Source of the DNA: Eledone cirrhosa
Taxonomy: Eukaryota
Assembly (NCBI GenBank): GCA_964016885.1
Contig: OZ024742.1
Location: forward strand, 99,386,001-99,450,000
Direction of reading: 5' to 3'
Length of the DNA: 64,000 nucleotides
Positions within the stretch are counted from its first letter, which is position 1. Every line of letters begins with the position of its first letter. Made by a program: the position numbers and the translations under genes. Positions 58,198 through 64,000 of the stretch are shown piece by piece. The notes under the pieces were generated by a model, which made no database searches, was not told the origin of the DNA, and saw only the letters and a program-made list of their open reading frames with translations.

Positions 58198-59525
58198 CTA
58201 AAATCCAAAGAGGGAAAGCTTCAAATAGACGTTTCTTACCAGGTTCTTGGTTATGCTGGCAGGATGGTTAGAATGCTTACTTATGTAATTAAGCTTATCA
58301 TTCGGCTTTCTATACGGGTTGTGCAATCCATTCGACAAATTGAGGGTAACGTGGAGGTAATTAACGACCAAGAGGTTGCCCTCAACCTGTATGGAGAGGT
58401 TGAAGCCTTTAAAGAAGGTTGTGAGTTCTTTTCTGAACCTGTCACAAGCGCGTGGGCCGGACTCTGTCATGGTCAAAATACCGTCATCACGGTACAAACC
58501 ACCGCCCACGTTGGGGAATTCTTCCTTGATAGAGAAAAAAAGGAAAAGGCAGATAAGATCAGTAACCTCCGCAGAATCGCTGGCGCCCATACTCACGTCG
58601 AATGGGGTACTATTAGATTTATTTAATCGAGTCGTCGAAATTAATCACCGACTTACGGGCATTGGGGATGACATCAACTTCGAAATTCTTAACCACTTTG
58701 AGCGTTTTAGCGAAATTGATAGCTCTAAGAAGAAGTGGTAAAGTGATGGAGGAGTAGTAATTATTGATGTCGAATTGGATAAAACGGCAATGTTCCTCGT
58801 TGCATATGCCGTTGAACCAATCAATCACCACGAAAGAATTGTTCCACAGTGCAAAAGGGACCAAGCTTCTAATTTCAGGTATAATTATATCTAAAATCCT
58901 TTTACTAAGTGTACCTAAATCGGACTTCGTGGAGTTAATAAGCCGAATAGAAGGGTTGTTGAGGAAATTGGATTTCTGATCCTTCAAGGTAAAGTGGGAG
59001 AAATAGGGTCCAGAAGTTCAGTCCGGTCCAGGATGTTGAGATCAGAGGTGATTTTAAACCCAGCTTCGTTAATATCATTAATGGCACTCCGAGATTAGTT
59101 TTACTGTAATCCTTAGTTACAGCATTATGTAGCAGTTGATGGTAAGTACTGCGCTCCACTTGATATAGATTGCCAGATTTGTCGGAGAGGACGAGCACGG
59201 CATTAGAATCCTTAATAGAACGAATCCTATTCTTCAGGTCCTGCTGGAAGGAATTGCTCCTTTTCCGAAATTTGATACTCCGTATGAATTCTAAGACATC
59301 ATTTTCGAAGGGTAGCAATGCTGGATTACTCAGAGGGATATTGTACGTTTTAAACCCATATTTATCCTGTTTATTGTCCGCTTTTTCCTGATTATGGAAA
59401 TAAAAGGCACGCCAACGCAACCTTTTAATGAACGAATCTGTTTTCTGTATCAGGAGTTTTAGGTATGTCTTCCTGCTTGGTACGGGTATGTTCTTAGTAG
59501 AAATATTCAGATGTTGTTTCTGCAT
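58198..59525 (-). pseudogene. Penelope-like reverse transcriptase, frameshifted and 3'-truncated
   Basis: STKNIPVPS..FIKRLRWRAF..SDKSGNLY; RLINSTKSDLG..FIQFDINNYYSSI; MGASDSAEVTDL..GLYRDDG..NYLHVTL..PYRKPN..SNHP. Confidence 0.93.
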
Positions 59526-59659
59526 GGTGAATATAAGTCAATAGAGTGCTCAACCGAGGGAGCCAAATAGCAATAACAAAAAAGTTGAATACTAAAATCC
59601 AAAGAGGGCTCAATAAGGATACATATATATATCAAATATATAAGAACCGTAGAGCAAAT

Positions 59660-61207
59660 ATTTATTAAAATAACAGATTAAAGTTTAAGCAAAGAATCGC
59701 TGCTTTCTCCCTTAACGGGACCTTCTGAAACTAAAAAAATCAATCTGTGAACGCAGAAGTAAATATTTCGAAAAACGTTGCAACTGAAGGAAGACAGGAA
59801 GACGATACTTTGGTTCGTGGAGACCTTCCCTGGCAATGAACGAAAACAAAACGAAGATAATACGTCATTATGTGGAGCGGTGAGAACAATTACACGCAAA
59901 GACAAAACCACGTTTATGGTATAAATGAAATCATAGACTATTTAGGTGGTTCGTGGAGAGGTTCCTGGCAATGAACGGAATCTTCGTTTTCTTTTCCGTT
60001 ATTGTGACTATGTCACTTACTTATTTTCGGGAAAGGCTGGGAGAGAGGCTGACAGCTGTTTCTCGTGGTTTGGTGTTTATCAAAGTCACGCACTTACCCG
60101 GCTTTGCCGAAAATGAGTAAGTGACATAGTCAATACTTTAAAACTGATTTGTATAGGTAAGTATATATTACCTGTATGTTTTGTGAGGGTACGTATACTT
60201 TCTCGTACGTATATATGCTTGTATTTGTTATAGGCGTATATATTATATTATATATACTGGTGCATGTGTATATAGCTATGTGTATACGTGAATTTTGTGT
60301 TTTTGTGTGTATGCGGGTTTGCACGTATGTAGGGTGTGTGTATATGTGTACTTTGTGTTTTGGTTGACGTACGTTTAGCGAACATATGTGTATTTACATG
60401 TAGGTGTGTGTGCGCGCGCGTTATATACGTATTTATGTGTGTATATTTATATACGTTTATATAATTATATGTATAGACGCACACACACACACGCACGCAT
60501 GTATATATATATTTTATATATATATGTTTTATGTGTATTTGGAGTATACGTTCGTATGTGTACGGGTACAGGCGTTGCGTGGGTTTTGTATGTGTGCGCG
60601 TGTTTTTTTGTACGTGCCTGTATTTGCATACCCATGCTGGGTGTTTTCGCGTATGCATGTGTATGTACGTATATGGATGCGTGCATGTATATATTTAATT
60701 ATTGTTGATTTCAATAATCTCTATAATTTTTTTACATTATTCTTTACACTAAAGCCGAGAATCATTCGTTTTCCTAAATAGAATTTTAGGCTACGACTTC
60801 ATTTATACCATAAACGCGGTTTTGTCTTTGCGTGTAATTGTTCTCATCGGTCCACATAATGACGTATTATCTTCGTTTTTTCCGTTCATTGCCAGGGAAC
60901 GTCTCCATAAACCACCTAAGTGAATATTAGTCTACGACTTTATTTATACCATAAACCTTATTTTGTCTTTGCGTGTAATTGTTCTCATCGCACCAAATAA
61001 TGACGTATTAACTTCGTTTTTTTCCGTTCTTTGCCAGGGAACGTCTCCCCGAACCAAAGTATGGTCTTCCTGTCTTCCTTCGGTTGCAACGTTTTTCGAA
61101 ATATTTACTTCTGCGTTCACAGATTGATTTTTTTAGTTTCCGAAGATCCCGTTAAGGGTGAAAGCAGCGATTCTTTGCTTAAAATTGAATCTGTTATTTT
61201 AATAAAT
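59660..61207. repeat. Inverted repeat (59660-59980 versus 60790-61207) upstream of the PLE RT
   Basis: Reverse-complement arms with internal sub-repeats of about 140 bp; a related fragment lies at 40155-40225; probable pLTR plus inverted pLTR. Confidence 0.85.
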
Positions 61208-62288
61208 ATATATATATATGTGCTAATCACGGGAATTTCACCCTTCCTGGATAGATAGATATATTAATTTCATACCATGAAAAGTCAAAAGAAAATGAGC
61301 CTCAGCTCACTCATATAAATGTCTCCCTACGATGGTTTCAAAAACAGAAGAAACAGTAGCGGGCATTTCAAATCACGTTTTAAAAAGAGTAATGATCATG
61401 AAATATACATACCATTTCGTTGTCGAAACCGCATGTTGTTCAACATGCTTTGTTGAACTACTGATGATAAGCTTTCTCTATATATTAGAACAACGTGATA
61501 GACTAGAAATAGCAGCCAACAAAACTCTCTAAATAAACTACAATAAATGGAGTTAATATTAATTGAAAGTTAGATAGATAGATAGTTACAGTATATACCT
61601 CATACTCTGTCCTGTTTCTTTCTCACGTTACCATTTACACAAGTCGTCTGCACTGTATTGCACTCGTAAAATATTTATTGATATTTGTTGACATAGAAAA
61701 AAGTCACACTTGTTCCCTGCATATGTTGGTGTATTATCACTCATGCATCTTCCCGGCGGCTTTTTTACTAAGCCGACGCGCAGCCTCTAGGCGATACAAC
61801 TCATATACGAGAAATATCATTGACAAGGGTGGTTGCTGATGACAATAGTTTATTCATTTGTGCAACATATTCCGTTTTTCTCTTCAGTGCGTGCGCAAAT
61901 TCGCTATATATACATATATATCGGGTGTAGGGATGGGGGTATAATGCATGTGCATGCATGAATGCATCTTTACGTATATGTATATACATACTTACATCAT
62001 ACACACACACATACCTACGCATATATATATATATACACACACATATCACACATATATATGTATGTTAGTGTGCGTATGTGTATGTGAGTGTAATAAGCCA
62101 TATACTAATAGTTCTTAGACAGTCTGGAGGTGAACGATCGTATGAAGCACTAAGCGGATACCTTAATAGAATAAAACATTTTCAATACTTAGAACATTAA
62201 GATAATAGACAGAGGTGATGTATATTTGGATTAAACAGATTGATATCAAATATACATTGAAATACAATTATATATAAAAACAGAAACA

Positions 62289-62331
<43 letters not shown>

Positions 62332-62413
62332 TAATATCTAAACATACATACATATATATGTATCTATCTAGATATACTTATACTTACCTACTCACATACG
62401 CACACATATATAA

Positions 62414-62486
<73 letters not shown>

Positions 62487-62496
62487 AACGAGTAAG

Positions 62497-62590
62497 ACCC
62501 CGACGGCTGAGCTCAAGCCGTTTCGACGGCTAATTCTGGACTAAATGAAAATTTATCCTGATATTTGAATAGCCGAGCTTCTCAAGGGGT
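62497..62590 (-). ncRNA. Hammerhead motif with U3-A8 core and full stem III (family I)
   Basis: Minus strand: ACCCC TTGAGAA GctCGGCTAttc..gaatTAGCCGtC GAA ACGGCT tgagctc AGCCGT C GGGGT. Confidence 0.82.
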
Positions 62591-62950
62591 AATTCAATAT
62601 ATGGTCAAAGTGATTGTCACAGGGATTGGTCAAAAGTTAGTAGTTGAGACATAATAATTCTATGATGGCAAATTAGTGGGGGGAAGGGGTAGCTAAACCT
62701 GCCAGTAGGAGAAAGAGGGAGAGGGGGTGGAGTAGACCTATTCATGCGTTGGTAGTGCCGGCTACAGCTGGGCGTGAGGTCAAAGAAGATACTAGGGAGG
62801 GGGAGGGGGTGGAAGTCGAAACAGTAAGTAGAACAATGAGGGGTAAAAATATAAAAAATACTGAGTGTTGAATAGCGAATAAATGTAAAAAAAAAAAAAA
62901 AATAAACAATTTCTGGTTACCACGACCTAAGTCTATCGCTATTGCTAGGC

Positions 62951-62989
<39 letters not shown>

Positions 62990-62994
62990 ACTAG

Positions 62995-64000
62995 GTTGGA
63001 CGGAATAAAAAAGACCCTTTTAAGAGGTATAAGTACGTATATCATACGGTGACGGGTCAACAAAGGAGGGGCCAAAAAACTAAAGAAACTACCAGCTTCT
63101 TCCGCGACTGGGGATTTAAAATAACCCTACATACGTACCTGACCCGAGTAAACTTCCTGGACGTTACCCTCGACCTCGATAATGACCTGTACTACCCATA
63201 CAGGAAACTTAATGACAACCTGCACTACATCCACCGCCGATCAAACCATCCTAGGAACATCACCAACAACCTGGTCAAAAACATCCCCCTCCGCATATCC
63301 CGTTTGTCAGCTAATGAGCAGATATTCGATGAACATGCGCCTTATTACAACCAGGCCATCAAGCGGAGTGGTTTCCGGGAGGAAATATCCTACTGTCCAG
63401 CTCCCATTGGCGGAACCAGCAAGCGACACCGCCGCTCACGCAATGTAACATGGTTCAATCCTCACCACAACGCTGAGGTGACAACTCCCATCGGGAAAAT
63501 ATTCTTTAGGCTCATTGAAAAACACTTCCCACTACAACACCGCTACCACAACATAATTAACAAAAATACCATCAAACTCTCTTACAGCACTACACCAAAC
63601 TTCGCACAAAACATCGTCTCCTCCAACAACAAAAAACTCAACCCCGATAGAAGAAATAACCTAAATAGCAGTGGAGAGCCGACCAGGAGGTGCAACTGTC
63701 CTGATGGATCCATTTGCCCCCTCGACAACAGATGCAGAGATCGTAATGTGATCTACCAGTGCAACGTGAGGACGGACACCTCCAACAAAGCTTATATAGG
63801 ATTAACCGCATGTGACTTCAAGACCCGGCTATACCAACACAGACATACCTTCCGAAACCCGGCCCGGCGTCACGCCACTACACTTTCGGGCCACATATGG
63901 GACCTCAAGGATAACAACATTACCTATGATCTCACTTGGAGATTACTGTCCAGAGCCAACTCTTACACGGGAGGACGCCGTCCGTGCAATTTATGCTCGG
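62995..64000 (+). CDS. Penelope-like RT thumb, linker and GIY-YIG; 5'-truncated, open to the window end, not in the ORF track
   Basis: Stop-free frame: VNFLDVTLDL..YPYRKLND..SNHP..VTWFNP..TIKLSYS..CNC..CPL..VIYQC..YIGLT..FKTRLYQH..HIWDLK..CNLC. Confidence 0.93.

Noticed and set aside
61135-61175. HHR-like CCGAAGA tCCC gttaa GGGt GAAAG (also near 59700 and 40205)
   Set aside because: Position 4 is not U in any copy and no stem I or III could be paired

Overview
Eukaryotic, AT-rich, microsatellite-saturated non-coding DNA. The repeat content suggests an invertebrate, possibly an octopod cephalopod (inference only). No confident host gene was found; one candidate 72-nt exon is noted. Almost all listed ORFs are translations of (TA)n/(CA)n/(CAT)n/(GGT)n tracts. 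The real coding content is transposon-derived: five Penelope-like element (PLE) RT/GIY-YIG fragments (one still open to the window end), three R4/Dong-like RLE LINE 3' ends in (CATA)n, three copies of a C2H2-ending LINE-like element in (TATG)n, a CR1-like fragment, a decayed mariner, a MITE and many tRNA-derived SINEs. The main unexplained signal is RNA structure. Manual reading finds about 17 type I hammerhead ribozyme (HHR) motifs with intact cores, plus several decayed ones, from at least 10 unrelated sequence families. Three families carry the compensatory U3-A8 core, and one 420-bp HHR unit occurs in tandem (retrozyme-like). The modules consistently end 3' in (TA)n tracts and are accompanied by fold-back inverted duplications. 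All structures were folded by eye; none was computed or tested.
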